Virus record (IMG/VR): IMGVR_UViG_3300036790_000219 | Location: 56,058 to 120,057 of that record | Source of the DNA: a virus | Reading direction: 5' to 3' (one strand) | Length of the DNA: 64,000 nt | Shown here: positions 25,149-35,595 of the stretch, piece by piece | Numbering within the stretch: the stretch's first letter is position 1 | Layout of the letters: every line of letters begins with the position of its first letter | Notes under the pieces: model-generated | What the model was told of the DNA's origin: nothing | Database searches by the model: none | Seen by the model: the letters and a program-made list of their open reading frames with translations, nothing else | Made by a program: the position numbers and the translations under genes

Positions 25149-27200
25149 GTGACTTTTATTGATACCTGGGATTCTGGCCAGCCCAATGGTCTCTGGGATG
25201 TGGGGATTCAATGGGACGTGAATTCTCCTTCTCCTGGGGGTGACCCCACACCCTACTTAAATCTCGTAACGTCGGAGCACCGGGACCAACCTGATTTTAT
25301 TGCAACGCTAACAGCAGTTCTGCAGCCCTTTGCTGACCTGCAGACTGTGATGTCGTCTTTCCCTACTCTTTTTGACATTGACGTTGCTGTTGGTGTACAA
25401 GAAGACGCAGTAGGTAAGTGGGTTGGGGTTTCTAGGAATCTGAATGAACCATTAACGGGCGTTTACTTTGAGTTGGACTCTGCTACTCTTGGTCTAGATC
25501 AAGGTATTCTTCAAGGCCCATTTGATCCAACATCAGGTATTGTACAGCTTCCGGACGATGTCTACCGTCAATTGTTGCAGGCAGAGGTTCTTAACAATTC
25601 TTGGGATGGAACTGTTACCGAAGCTTACGCCATCTGGAAAACTCTCTTTCCAGACACTCTTCCCAGTCTAGTTCCAACCGAGTTAGTTGATTTTACAACC
25701 AATTATGTTAACGGGGTAGTATACCCCTCTTCGGAAGCGGTATTCAGCCGCGCAGAGTTGACGCTCACCCGTAATGGTCCTGCTACCTATACGGATTCAT
25801 TCGGGTTATTAGTGACCGCTGCTGCGAATGTACCCAGGTTCAACTATGTTGGCGGCGTCGCGGTCGGGATTTTGCTGGAAGGGGCCAGCACCAATAATTT
25901 TACCTATTCAAACGACTTTTCCAATGCGGCGTGGACGTTGTCTGATCCAACGCTATCTCAAAACGCTTTGGGGCCGGATGGCGGATCATCATCAGCGTGG
26001 ACCGCAACGGCTGCGAGTTTTGCCGCCAACAGAGCCTACCGCAGCGACAATATAGCGTCGAGCCAAACGATTTCGTTCTATGTGGAGGCCGGCACCTGCG
26101 GCTTCGCCTATATATGGGCAATCGAAAGTGGCGGTGGTCAGATCGGCACATGGTTCAATCTGTTGGCTGGAGTGAAGGGGACCAACAACTACACGATAAC
26201 TGGCTCACCCGTTGGCTCGTTTTCCAACGTCACCATCACTCCGGCCGCAAACGGCTTTTATCGAATTTCAGCTTACTACAATTACGTCTCGGGGACCGTC
26301 AGCGCGGGGTGGGGATTTTCCGATAGCGATGCATCCAATGCCGCAACGATTGGGCATACCGGGATTATTTTCGGAGCACAGATGGAGTCCCTGCAGTACG
26401 CCTCTTCGTACATCCCGACCACGACCGCTGCCGCCTCCCGCGTTGCCGACAGCATCACCCGCACCCGCAGCAGCCCGACGGCGTTCACGCGGCTGGTGTC
26501 GGGCATCACGCCTGCGGGATTGCCGTCGGCAGGGAGTGCGTTTTGGACCCTCGATGACGGCACGACCAGTAACATAATCTTCGCCTACTATACCCCTGCC
26601 GGTCATATTGAGGTCCTGGCTAATATCGGCGGCACTACGGTCGTTGCGCTCGACATGGGCGCAGTCGCATTCAACGCGGCATTCTCCTTGGCCGTCACTG
26701 CGTCGGCCGGTAATTTCGCCGCCTCGCTCAACGGTGGCGCGGTGGTCTCCAGTTCCTACGGCACCATGCCGACCGGCCTCATCAACGATTGGATCGGCGA
26801 GGCGTTCTCGGCCGGAAACTATCCGCTCAACTCCAATCTTGGCGTGTTCGCCGAATGGACCGGCGTGGTGATGACGAATGCACAATTGCAGGCCCTGGCC
26901 GCGCCAGGGGGCGCTGCTGCGCTTGAAGCGTCTTGGGTTGTTGGTCCTGAGCTTCTAATCCAGGACGAAAGCAATATGCACATGATTCTTGCTTTAACTG
27001 GAACGCCTCCTTCCCCTCTCGACTTGGCACTTTTTCTAAGTGGGAGTTTGAACGTACGACCTGACGGTGTACAGATAGATTATTACTTAACTCCTGATAC
27101 TTCTGGTGACCCGTACTTTGGTCTTGATATTGAGAACGCAAATATTGCGGGGCTGGACGTTGGCGGCTTTGGTTTCTTAAATAACGGCACCGGGTACTGA
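25149..27200 (+). CDS. Baseplate wedge subunit (DUF2612) with ~430-aa internal fibre/lectin-like insertion
   Basis: DUF2612 motifs (DIDVAVGVQ.D.VGKWVG, WDG; IQD..NM, VRPDGV) flank RNGPATY.D..G, VPRFNY, LLEGASTN and a LamG-like segment. Confidence 0.75.
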   Translation: MTFIDTWDSGQPNGLWDVGIQWDVNSPSPGGDPTPYLNLVTSEHRDQPDFIATLTAVLQPFADLQTVMSSFPTLFDIDVAVGVQEDAVGKWVGVSRNLNEPLTGVYFELDSATLGLDQGILQGPFDPTSGIVQLPDDVYRQLLQAEVLNNSWDGTVTEAYAIWKTLFPDTLPSLVPTELVDFTTNYVNGVVYPSSEAVFSRAELTLTRNGPATYTDSFGLLVTAAANVPRFNYVGGVAVGILLEGASTNNFTYSNDFSNAAWTLSDPTLSQNALGPDGGSSSAWTATAASFAANRAYRSDNIASSQTISFYVEAGTCGFAYIWAIESGGGQIGTWFNLLAGVKGTNNYTITGSPVGSFSNVTITPAANGFYRISAYYNYVSGTVSAGWGFSDSDASNAATIGHTGIIFGAQMESLQYASSYIPTTTAAASRVADSITRTRSSPTAFTRLVSGITPAGLPSAGSAFWTLDDGTTSNIIFAYYTPAGHIEVLANIGGTTVVALDMGAVAFNAAFSLAVTASAGNFAASLNGGAVVSSSYGTMPTGLINDWIGEAFSAGNYPLNSNLGVFAEWTGVVMTNAQLQALAAPGGAAALEASWVVGPELLIQDESNMHMILALTGTPPSPLDLALFLSGSLNVRPDGVQIDYYLTPDTSGDPYFGLDIENANIAGLDVGGFGFLNNGTGY

Positions 27201-27210
27201 GGAAAAAGCA

Positions 27211-27795
27211 ATGCCTGTAGAAAATGACTTTCTTTATTTTGCCACAGGTGTTGGGGCAAACGTAGTTGACCAGGCGACTTATGCCGCCGCTAGTTATATC
27301 TCACCGGGGCTAGGCAGTGGTATTCTCGCCTCGGCAGTGTTCAATAAGATAGTTCGCCAGGGTAGTGCTGGCGCGGCGATGCTGGCGCAGTTCATTGTAG
27401 ATCAACTTGATCAAGCTGTTCTTGATGGTGGTGATGCTGAAACTCTGGCTTTACAGCTTACTGCTGCGATCCAACAAAGTTCAACGCAGAAGCCCGCACG
27501 AATTGTGACAGCTAGTACTACGTTGACAGTAAGTCTGACTGACTGGTATATCGGGATTAACCGTAGCTCAGCGCCTGCTGCCATTAACGTAGACTTACCG
27601 ACGGGTCCGGCTGTGGGTCAAGAATTCGTCTTTGAGGATCTTTATGGTAATGCACAAGCGTATCCAATTACGTTAGTACCACCAGGGGGTACCACCTTCA
27701 AAGGCGGCCGCAATTCCTGGATTATAGACGAGGACGGCGGCGCGGTCTCAGTGGTTTACGCAGGTTCTGATATCTTCGGAGCGAGAATGACATGA
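27211..27795 (+). CDS. Tail fibre-associated protein
   Basis: NDFLYFATG.GANV, FNKIVRQ.S...AMLAQFI N-terminal anchor. Confidence 0.7.
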   Translation: MPVENDFLYFATGVGANVVDQATYAAASYISPGLGSGILASAVFNKIVRQGSAGAAMLAQFIVDQLDQAVLDGGDAETLALQLTAAIQQSSTQKPARIVTASTTLTVSLTDWYIGINRSSAPAAINVDLPTGPAVGQEFVFEDLYGNAQAYPITLVPPGGTTFKGGRNSWIIDEDGGAVSVVYAGSDIFGARMT

Positions 27796-29147
27796 TGAAG
27801 AAACTCTTTACCGCACTCTTACTCCTTGTTCTCAGCGTCAGCGTTACGTCTGCGCAGTTTACTGACCAGCGTACGTGGGGTGGAACTGCTGGGGGCAGTG
27901 CCAATGCTTTGACGCTGACCATAAGCAACTGGCCAACAACACCTGCTGTTGGGGTGGCCGTTACGTTCTTTCCCAATGTAGCTAACACAACAACTGCTAC
28001 GGTTGCAATTTCTGGGCAAGGTGGTAGCTCTGGAACGTACCCAATCTACAAGAAGTCTGGAGCGGGACCCGTCGCTCTGATCGGGGGTGAACTCCAGCCC
28101 AATCAACCCGTAGTGCTTTTATGGAATGCGTCGCTCAGTGTCTACGTCATTCAGAACGGCATTAACGACGCGATAGCCGCTATCACGACACCACCGGAAG
28201 GGTATCTGACGCCGTGTAACTATGCTAACAGCCCTTCGGTAAGTGGTTGCACAGCGAATCAGATGTTGCCTACCAGTGACGTTAGTGGTGTTGCTGCGGT
28301 ATACTATGGTACATGGTTTGGCAATCAAATTCCGATATACAATGGGTCGGCTTTAGTTAACATCAACTTTTCGGAGCTTTCACTCAGTCTACCTTCTAGC
28401 TTCGCCAGTGGCACTATTCGTGACGTTTGCGTGTTCCTCAATTCTGGTGCCCCTACGCTGGTATTGTCCACGGCTTGGACAACGAGCACCGCAGGTTCTG
28501 GTAACCGAGGAACAGGGGCCAGCACCGCGCAAATTGCTCTCATTGCTGGTGTGTGGACAAATGCGGTTACGATCAACGGTGTCAATGGATCGACTACGTA
28601 CAGTAACATCCCGGCCAACGAGTGCACAGTGGTCGGTAGTCTATTGGCATCCGCTAACGGACAGATCACGTGGAGCGTGGCCTACGGTCAGAGTAGACAG
28701 ATCGATGTGGCAAATATCTACAACCGGCAGCCCATTGGGGAGAAGGCTGGTGATTCGACGGCCAGTTGGGCGGACGCCAACAACAGTAGTTTTGGCCCCG
28801 TGAATGGTACGGCAAACAATTCGTTGGAGATCCTTCTTTCTCTGCCAACCAAGATGTCGCTGACCTATAATCAGAACATCAATCAGTTGAATGAGGGGAT
28901 GCAAACTCTAATTGGGATAGGGGTAGATTCCACGACTACAACTAGTGGCACTCGTGGGGCGATGTATACTTACTCTAGTCTGTCTGGGGTTGGCAATACT
29001 CTCCAGACTAATCCAGTTGCCATGTACGCGGCTCAGGGTACGATCGGTGCTCACGTAATTACGGCGTTGTCCAAGTCGGTCACAAATACTGCGACCCTGT
29101 ACGGGACCGAGACCGATATGCAGTTACGGGCAGAGATACAGCAGTAA
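27792..29147 (+). CDS. Tail fibre / receptor-binding protein
   Basis: GGTAGGSANALTL; G/S/T-rich; syntenic. Confidence 0.65.
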   Translation: MMKKLFTALLLLVLSVSVTSAQFTDQRTWGGTAGGSANALTLTISNWPTTPAVGVAVTFFPNVANTTTATVAISGQGGSSGTYPIYKKSGAGPVALIGGELQPNQPVVLLWNASLSVYVIQNGINDAIAAITTPPEGYLTPCNYANSPSVSGCTANQMLPTSDVSGVAAVYYGTWFGNQIPIYNGSALVNINFSELSLSLPSSFASGTIRDVCVFLNSGAPTLVLSTAWTTSTAGSGNRGTGASTAQIALIAGVWTNAVTINGVNGSTTYSNIPANECTVVGSLLASANGQITWSVAYGQSRQIDVANIYNRQPIGEKAGDSTASWADANNSSFGPVNGTANNSLEILLSLPTKMSLTYNQNINQLNEGMQTLIGIGVDSTTTTSGTRGAMYTYSSLSGVGNTLQTNPVAMYAAQGTIGAHVITALSKSVTNTATLYGTETDMQLRAEIQQ

Positions 29148-29163
29148 GAGGCCAGCTAAATCC

Positions 29164-30570
29164 ATGAGAAAGATTCTAGCAGCGTTGATCTACGTTACGC
29201 TTGGAACACCACTCGCCCTGGCGCAGAGTACGATCAACCCTAATATACCAACACAGAATTCGCCTCTGAATTCCGCACCGGTACGGGGTAACTTCGCCGC
29301 CGCCTACAACGACGTCAACGGCCTTCTGCAGATGCATGCCGCGACGATTATAGGGAACTGTCCTAGTACACCAACTGTTGGTGAGGACTGTCTTGTCTCC
29401 GGTGTTCCCTATACATGGTATAAATGGTCACCAGCTGGGAACTGGTCAGCCATAGGGACCCTCAATGCAGGGACTGGAGTGTTTAGCCCCACGCTGCCTC
29501 TCGGCACAAATACTAGCCTTGGTGCCGTTCGGTGTGATGGTGTAACTATTAATTGTACGTCTGGTATTATCACTGCAGTCGGAGCGGCGGCGTCCAGCAT
29601 CGGCGTTGGTACGACAACCATTGCGGCAGGAACGAGCAAGGGGTTATTGTTTAATAACGGCACGCTCGGCGATACCATGACGTCCCTGAGCGCCTCCTCA
29701 GGCATTTATCCAATTCTGAACATGGGATCGTCGGCCACTATTCCGACTAATCTTGGGTACGGTACACACGCTGATTTTCAGCTTGTCGGGGCGGACAGTG
29801 ATCAGAACAGCCAGTTTCAGATCAATGGAGTGACGTCGTCTGGTGATTCTACCCCTGGTATTTTTCTGGCGAGCTACGGTAATACGACCGCTTCGCCATC
29901 ATCGTTGGCGGCGGGCAATCTTCTAGGCAACGTAAGTTTCTTCGGGTACGTCGGCGGGACAGGGGGGTATGAGGGAACAGATTATGCCAACGGCGCGACT
30001 TTCGACTGCTATGCGACACAGAACTGGTCAACTACCCAAGCTGGAACAGCGTGTCAGATTTTGACCACGGCGAACGGAGGTCTGACCTACGCGGTCGCCG
30101 CGACGTTCGGACAAGATCAGAGCCTCACAGTCGCGGGAATAATAAAGACGCCGACGATCTCTTCGCCGACGATCTCTCTTGGCACCGGTGGTGGCGCGAC
30201 GGCCACGGTCCTGGCCAGTTCCACGGCGACGGGGTTCGAGAACGCCTATGAAATCGCCAACTCCGGCGATCATACCAACTCGCAGACGCAGGCCGCGTAT
30301 GAGGCCACCCTGACCGAGAGCGGATGCACGAACTGCTTTTTGGTGAACGCTGTGGGCGGCGGGACCAACCCGGCCGCCATCATCGAGACCGGGTCCGGGT
30401 TGTCCGGCGGTCTCACGATCACGACTAACGGAGGCGGGACGTTGTCCGTCGTCGCGCCGACGCTTTCAGGAGCCGTCAACGTCAACGGTGCCAGCGGCGG
30501 CGGCGCGGCCAGCAAATACGTCTGCACCGACTCCTCCGGTACCATCGTCGTTCAGGCAGGAGCTTGTTGA
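29164..30570 (+). CDS. Tail fibre-like protein
   Basis: G/T/S-rich beta-type composition; SAPVRGNFAAAYND N-terminus. Confidence 0.6.
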   Translation: MRKILAALIYVTLGTPLALAQSTINPNIPTQNSPLNSAPVRGNFAAAYNDVNGLLQMHAATIIGNCPSTPTVGEDCLVSGVPYTWYKWSPAGNWSAIGTLNAGTGVFSPTLPLGTNTSLGAVRCDGVTINCTSGIITAVGAAASSIGVGTTTIAAGTSKGLLFNNGTLGDTMTSLSASSGIYPILNMGSSATIPTNLGYGTHADFQLVGADSDQNSQFQINGVTSSGDSTPGIFLASYGNTTASPSSLAAGNLLGNVSFFGYVGGTGGYEGTDYANGATFDCYATQNWSTTQAGTACQILTTANGGLTYAVAATFGQDQSLTVAGIIKTPTISSPTISLGTGGGATATVLASSTATGFENAYEIANSGDHTNSQTQAAYEATLTESGCTNCFLVNAVGGGTNPAAIIETGSGLSGGLTITTNGGGTLSVVAPTLSGAVNVNGASGGGAASKYVCTDSSGTIVVQAGAC

Positions 30571-30612
30571 TACTGTATGTTAAAAGATCCCAAACGTAAA
30601 ACGGAGTAGTTT

Positions 30613-31053
30613 ATGATGTTGAAATTGTTGGTGTGTGTTCTTACCAGTGTCTTTCTTATTTCGCCTGCTTTTGCGGCAGAAACTCAGATCGACTTTACGG
30701 CTACCCTTACGGGGCCGAATGGTGTAGCACAACAAGACTGTGATCACGTCAATGAGAATAATCCACAGGCTCCCTTCTGTGACAAGTTTGTTCCCTTAAC
30801 GCTCGGCCGATTGGCGGCAGCGGCCTTGGACCAGATCGAACCCAACCTCAAACCCGAAGATATCGTTGTGCGGGGTTCGTTAGCGCGGCGAATTCGTGAC
30901 AGTATGTCCCCGCTCTCTTCTACCCATGGTAAACTGGGTTTGGATCCTAGAGATATTGACCTCATACGGGGTCAACTCGCCAAAATGCGGGAGAACCCTT
31001 CGATTATAGACGAGGCATATGACTTGTTGACGCCTTCTCCAGCGACCAAGTAG
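30613..31053 (+). CDS. Hypothetical protein with signal peptide
   Basis: Hydrophobic N-terminus ending AFA-AE; GGAG RBS. Confidence 0.55.
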   Translation: MMLKLLVCVLTSVFLISPAFAAETQIDFTATLTGPNGVAQQDCDHVNENNPQAPFCDKFVPLTLGRLAAAALDQIEPNLKPEDIVVRGSLARRIRDSMSPLSSTHGKLGLDPRDIDLIRGQLAKMRENPSIIDEAYDLLTPSPATK

Positions 31054-31091
31054 AATACCGTTCCCTGAAACGGCTGAATGAGGACAGTTTT

Positions 31092-31721
31092 ATGAGGGCT
31101 TTCTTTGCACTCGTTTTTCTTCTTGCACTTTCCATTACCCCTGCAGTCGCTAAGACCCATCACCATCATTATCACTACCATCATCGAGCAGTATATCGCT
31201 CATTTGGGTTCGGTGGCAGTAACGTCGCTGCAGCAAGAGCACAAGGCTTGCCTTGGTGTGGCGCTGAGATGGCGGACGAGTTTGGTTTTCGTGGTGCACA
31301 AGGCCGGGATCTTTGGCTAGCCCGTAATTGGGCTAATATTGGCAGTGCAACATCGGCGCATGTTGGTGCCGTAGTTGTGTGGCGGCACCATGTTGGCCGA
31401 ATTGTTGGACGAGAAAACGGTCAATGGGTCGTGCATTCTGGTAACGACGGAGGGGGTGTTCGCTCCCGTCCCCGTTCCCTAGCAGGAGTCATCGCAATCC
31501 GCGACGTCGGTGGGGCTTCATCCTTTGTAAGTGCGTCTGCGTACACTCCGCAACGGGTTGCCCGGAGACGCCCCACCTTCACCTTTACTTTCGCTTCAAC
31601 TTACGTAGGGTCTTTCTTTGACGTTGCAGCGCAACCAGCGTATCCGGAGGCTGTGGTGGTGACCAAACGCCGCCACTTCCGACAGCGTTATGCCCGCTCT
31701 AATCAAAGGGGCACCACCTAA
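31092..31721 (+). CDS. Secreted CHAP/NlpC-like amidase
   Basis: Signal peptide, His-rich linker, PWCG, ARNW, VVVWRHHVG, SGNDG. Confidence 0.65.
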   Translation: MRAFFALVFLLALSITPAVAKTHHHHYHYHHRAVYRSFGFGGSNVAAARAQGLPWCGAEMADEFGFRGAQGRDLWLARNWANIGSATSAHVGAVVVWRHHVGRIVGRENGQWVVHSGNDGGGVRSRPRSLAGVIAIRDVGGASSFVSASAYTPQRVARRRPTFTFTFASTYVGSFFDVAAQPAYPEAVVVTKRRHFRQRYARSNQRGTT

Positions 31722-31918
31722 TGCCACGGCGCTTTAGGGTTACCGATCACACCGAAATTGAAACCTTTAACCCTGAAGCGCCGTTTAATACTCCGAACAA
31801 GAGTGCGGCCATGAGTTGGCCTGCTTGGATAAAGACTATTTCTGCCATCGTTCTCGCTTTTCTAGTCGTTCTCTTATTCTTGGCGCTGTTAGTACCAGTC
31901 TTTATAGGAACCCCATGA
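31721..31918 (+). CDS. Small membrane protein
   Basis: Single C-terminal transmembrane helix. Confidence 0.5.
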   Translation: MPRRFRVTDHTEIETFNPEAPFNTPNKSAAMSWPAWIKTISAIVLAFLVVLLFLALLVPVFIGTP

Positions 31919-32652
31919 TTCTGGACACCGCTGAGATTACTACACCACAGATTGAGCATCTGGTAGCAGACAAATCGGAAGCTGTTCTGCGCTACGTTTC
32001 CCCTATTAGTCCCAAGGGTGCAAAATGCATCCAACCAGGGGAGGCCCTAGCTCTTGCTAAGGCCAACATCCGTCTTGGTCTCGTCTGTGAAGGCTGGGGT
32101 GACTTCAAGAACCATGAGGATGACTTCCCCCAGATAAGTGCCCAAGCAGGTGCTCGTGATGGAAAGTTCTGTGCTAATTACGCAGCTACTGTTGGTGCCC
32201 CAGTGGGCGCTTGTATCTATATTGCAATTGATACTGACGCCATAGCTACTCAAATCAGCCGGTTTGTGGTTCCACATTTCATTGCAGTAAAAAACGCCTT
32301 TACCGCAGCAGGTACTGGTTTCCTACTTGGGGCCTACGGTTCCGGTGCAGTGTGTTCGGTTCTAGCAAAGGCAGGATTGATTACCCACGCTTGGCTTTCA
32401 CAGTCAATGGGGTGGAGCGGTTCCAAAGAATATCTAACCGCGAAGCCTCCGGAACTTGTTTTAGTCCAAGGGGCGTCAATTCGAATTGCAAACCTTAGGT
32501 GTGATCCTAATACTGCTTACGGTGACTTTGGCGACTTCCTGCCATTTGATATTTCGCCCCCCACACCCACTGTGGTTGAAGCGCCGCGCCCTGTACATCC
32601 CGGTGAAGACCGGATTCTGGCGTGGCTCGAGGACCTCCGCAAGGTTCTTTAG
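31915..32652 (+). CDS. Endolysin, DUF1906 / GH25-like glycoside hydrolase
   Basis: VLRYVS, EALAL, CIYIAIDTD, GAYGSG, AWLSQSMGWSGS. Confidence 0.8.
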   Translation: MILDTAEITTPQIEHLVADKSEAVLRYVSPISPKGAKCIQPGEALALAKANIRLGLVCEGWGDFKNHEDDFPQISAQAGARDGKFCANYAATVGAPVGACIYIAIDTDAIATQISRFVVPHFIAVKNAFTAAGTGFLLGAYGSGAVCSVLAKAGLITHAWLSQSMGWSGSKEYLTAKPPELVLVQGASIRIANLRCDPNTAYGDFGDFLPFDISPPTPTVVEAPRPVHPGEDRILAWLEDLRKVL

Positions 32653-32736
32653 GCCCCACCCCTACCCCTTCTATCGTAAAATCGCTCTAGAGCCTCTGCA
32701 ACGGCTGCAGAAAGGCTTCTAAAAGGAGAGTTAGAT

Positions 32737-33294
32737 ATGGCTAAAGCCTATGCCTTCTGGATGTATGGCATGTGGGGGCCGGTTACGGACCCCGGTTCCC
32801 GTACAATGTCGGAACGGATCGCTGAGCTTCCGGGGGTAGATATTGGAGCATCGCCTTACCGGGATTATGATGTCAACACGATAGTCGCGGCTATTCTAGC
32901 ATTGCCGTTGAGCGTGCCAGTGATTGTTGGTGGTACTTCGTTGGGGTGTAACAACACCCCGGTGGTAGCCGCCTACGTTTATGCTCAGAACCCGAAGCGA
33001 ATTATTCAGGGCATTTGGGGCTTTCAAGCGTCAGAGTACGGTGCCAAAGCTGGTGTGGAAAGCTATTACCCTGGTATCACACCAAATGTTCTCTTTGCCC
33101 ATCTAGTTTCAAGTGACAATCCAATTCCATTCCCTGGTTTGGGTTCATACCGTTGGAAAAACGCACCGGGCAATAACGTTACAAGCCTCCACCTTGATAC
33201 GGTTGATGACCCACATCCGGGTGATACCAACGTAACCGAGCAAGATAAATTCCTTGCCGAAATGCAGCGTGTCATTGCAAACGCCGAAGGCTAG
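32737..33294 (+). CDS. Alpha/beta hydrolase-like protein
   Basis: VIVGGTSLGC nucleophile elbow (GxSxG); late DDPHP. Confidence 0.55.
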   Translation: MAKAYAFWMYGMWGPVTDPGSRTMSERIAELPGVDIGASPYRDYDVNTIVAAILALPLSVPVIVGGTSLGCNNTPVVAAYVYAQNPKRIIQGIWGFQASEYGAKAGVESYYPGITPNVLFAHLVSSDNPIPFPGLGSYRWKNAPGNNVTSLHLDTVDDPHPGDTNVTEQDKFLAEMQRVIANAEG

Positions 33295-33299
33295 CCCAA

Positions 33300-33776
33300 G
33301 TGCCGATTACATTACAATTTATCCAAGGGGAGAACGTCTTTGATAAGGCAATCATGGCGTACAGTCATGGGTGGGCAACTCATGTGGACGCCGTTATGCC
33401 TGATGAACGGCTTCTCGGTTCGCAATCACATGTGATTGGTGGAATCCCGGAAGGAGTACAGATCCGGCCCCCGAAGTATGAACCCTTCGCCAAAATTATC
33501 CGAGTAACGCTTCCGGCATCACCACAGCAAGAGAAAGTCTTCTGGAACTTCCTCAATGCCCAGCTTGGGAAGCCCTATGATTATGCTGCCATCTTCGGGA
33601 TGGCCTTTGGACGTGATTGGCATCGAGACGGCTCCTGGTTCTGTTCCGAACTTGCCGGTGTTGGTTTAGAAAATTGTGGGGTGTTCCCTAATGGCTTGGC
33701 GGAAACCACGAGCACGCTCACTCCTCCTGGCTTGCTACTCGCTTGTAGTGTGTTAACAAAAGTTGAAGGAGTATAA
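33300..33776 (+). CDS. Permuted papain-like amidase (YiiX/YaeF, C92-like)
   Basis: THVD, QLGKPYDY, WFCSEL. Confidence 0.8.
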   Translation: MPITLQFIQGENVFDKAIMAYSHGWATHVDAVMPDERLLGSQSHVIGGIPEGVQIRPPKYEPFAKIIRVTLPASPQQEKVFWNFLNAQLGKPYDYAAIFGMAFGRDWHRDGSWFCSELAGVGLENCGVFPNGLAETTSTLTPPGLLLACSVLTKVEGV

Positions 33777-33781
33777 GGGTT

Positions 33782-34093
33782 ATGGCTACCGATGCAGAAA
33801 TCGCGGCTGGTTTGAGCGCACTTTCAGTTTATCTTGGCACCGCTCTTGGGTGGGAAGCGTCCTTTATACCGGAGTATGCGGAGCAGGATGCTGTTACGGA
33901 TGTCATAACTGCGGCAGATGCGGCCGCTGACCAATCTGCCGGCGGACGGCAGCAAGCCGGAGTGATGGCACTTCGCACTGGCCTCAATAACGCGGGCTAC
34001 GGCTCGGAAGTAACCGACCAAATGTGCGCCGACGCTGTCCAGACAATTCTGGCAGCGATAGCCCAGGTTAGAAACCCAACAACTGGAGCGTAG
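33782..34093 (+). CDS. Hypothetical protein
   Basis: Packed in lysis operon. Confidence 0.55.
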   Translation: MATDAEIAAGLSALSVYLGTALGWEASFIPEYAEQDAVTDVITAADAAADQSAGGRQQAGVMALRTGLNNAGYGSEVTDQMCADAVQTILAAIAQVRNPTTGA

Positions 34094-34097
34094 AAAG

Positions 34098-34349
34098 ATG
34101 TCGTCTCAAGCACCACAGACGGCTGTCGTTACGGTTACGTCAGCGTGGACCTCAAAAATTAACTGGACGCAAGCTATTGCTGCGTTAGCAATGTTGTTGA
34201 CCTGGTTGACTGGTGGGCAAATCGATTTGTCTGCTTCCGATCAAGCCGCGATCATTCTAGTGATCGGGTTGATTAGTCAAGTCGTGACGTGGGTTCTAAA
34301 GACCTTCTTCACGAGTACGGTGCACGCTTCTTCCCTTCCATCAAAGTAA
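34098..34349 (+). CDS. Holin-like two-TM protein
   Basis: SAWTSKINWTQ followed by two hydrophobic helices. Confidence 0.65.
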   Translation: MSSQAPQTAVVTVTSAWTSKINWTQAIAALAMLLTWLTGGQIDLSASDQAAIILVIGLISQVVTWVLKTFFTSTVHASSLPSK

Positions 34350-34362
34350 AGGAGATATTGAA

Positions 34363-34767
34363 ATGAATATGTCACGTCGAAAGCTTCTTACCGGCGTAGC
34401 GGTGGGCGCAGTTGCTGCTAGCGTTGCAGCATGCTCAACCACGCAGATTGCTTCCTTTGAATCCGCCTGGGCTTCCATCGTGGATGAAGTTCAATCAGCG
34501 GTAGCAGCGGCTGCGCAGTACATCCCTACTGTGGAGAGTATTGCTCAGACGGCGGCTTCGTTGTTTGGTCCCGCTTGGCAAGCTGCAGTTGCGGCAGGCA
34601 CAGTGGTGGTCAATCAAATCATCACGACCCTCACCAGTGTGGTGAATAGCCTGACGCCTCCAGCGGTGACTTCGTTGCGTGCCAAGTTGCGGGCGAGCTC
34701 TGTTGCCGCCCCGGTCGTTATTGGTACGACAACGGGTGGTGTTGTGGTCCACGGCTACAAGGTCTGA
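34363..34767 (+). CDS. Tat-signal lipoprotein
   Basis: MSRRKLL twin-arginine motif, h-region, lipobox VAAC. Confidence 0.65.
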   Translation: MNMSRRKLLTGVAVGAVAASVAACSTTQIASFESAWASIVDEVQSAVAAAAQYIPTVESIAQTAASLFGPAWQAAVAAGTVVVNQIITTLTSVVNSLTPPAVTSLRAKLRASSVAAPVVIGTTTGGVVVHGYKV

Positions 34768-34774
34768 GGACCAC

Positions 34775-35584
34775 ATGAGCGCCGCTGTCAAAACTATCTT
34801 CCATCCGGTAACAGGTCGGAAGTTTCGATTAGGGCGGCGGCGACCGCTCTCACGTCCACCATTCAGATTGCGGGCGGCGATGCTGCCCGCATTTCCTCCT
34901 CCCCCTCCGAGTGTAAATTATACGGTGAAAGCTGCAACGTGTCTTAGCCAAGTCTACGCCAACGACGAGTTAGGGGACTGTACCGCAGCGGGGGCTTTTC
35001 ACATTGGCGGAACTTTCCTCGCCAATGCTGAGGAGAACGTAGCTTTCACTAAATTGGATGTTATTGCTTTCTACTCAGCATCCTGTGGGTACGTCCCTGG
35101 TGATGAGAGTACAGACCAGGGTGGCGACGAGCAGACGGTTCTCAACTACTGGAAGAAGGCTGGGTTGGTTGGGGGCCTTCACAAAATTACAGCTTGGAGT
35201 GGGGTTGACGGCCTTAACGTGACTGAAGTCAAGGCCGCAATCTGGTTGTTTGAGGCTTGCTATTTTGGTATTGAACTTCCCGACGCTTGGATAAACCCAA
35301 TGCCTTCTGCACCAGGGTTCATTTGGGACGTAGAAGGGAATGCCGACCCAGAAAATGGACATGCGTTTTGCGGCTTGGGATACACTGCCCAAGGAGTGAT
35401 CATTGATACATGGGGAATGTTGGGGATCATCACTTGGGCGGCAATAGCAAAATACGCCACGGCGGGTTTGGCGGGCGAACTCTACACCGTATTAGGGGCA
35501 GACGCAATAATCAAAGCCACAGCCAAGGCTCCGAATGGCTTCGATGTTTCACAATTGACATCGGACTTTGGAAGTTTTGGGTAG
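34775..35584 (+). CDS. Papain-like (C1-type) cysteine peptidase
   Basis: NDELGDCTAAG, ENGHAF..LGY, IIDTWG. Confidence 0.75.
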   Translation: MSAAVKTIFHPVTGRKFRLGRRRPLSRPPFRLRAAMLPAFPPPPPSVNYTVKAATCLSQVYANDELGDCTAAGAFHIGGTFLANAEENVAFTKLDVIAFYSASCGYVPGDESTDQGGDEQTVLNYWKKAGLVGGLHKITAWSGVDGLNVTEVKAAIWLFEACYFGIELPDAWINPMPSAPGFIWDVEGNADPENGHAFCGLGYTAQGVIIDTWGMLGIITWAAIAKYATAGLAGELYTVLGADAIIKATAKAPNGFDVSQLTSDFGSFG

Positions 35585-35595
35585 GAGAACTTGAA

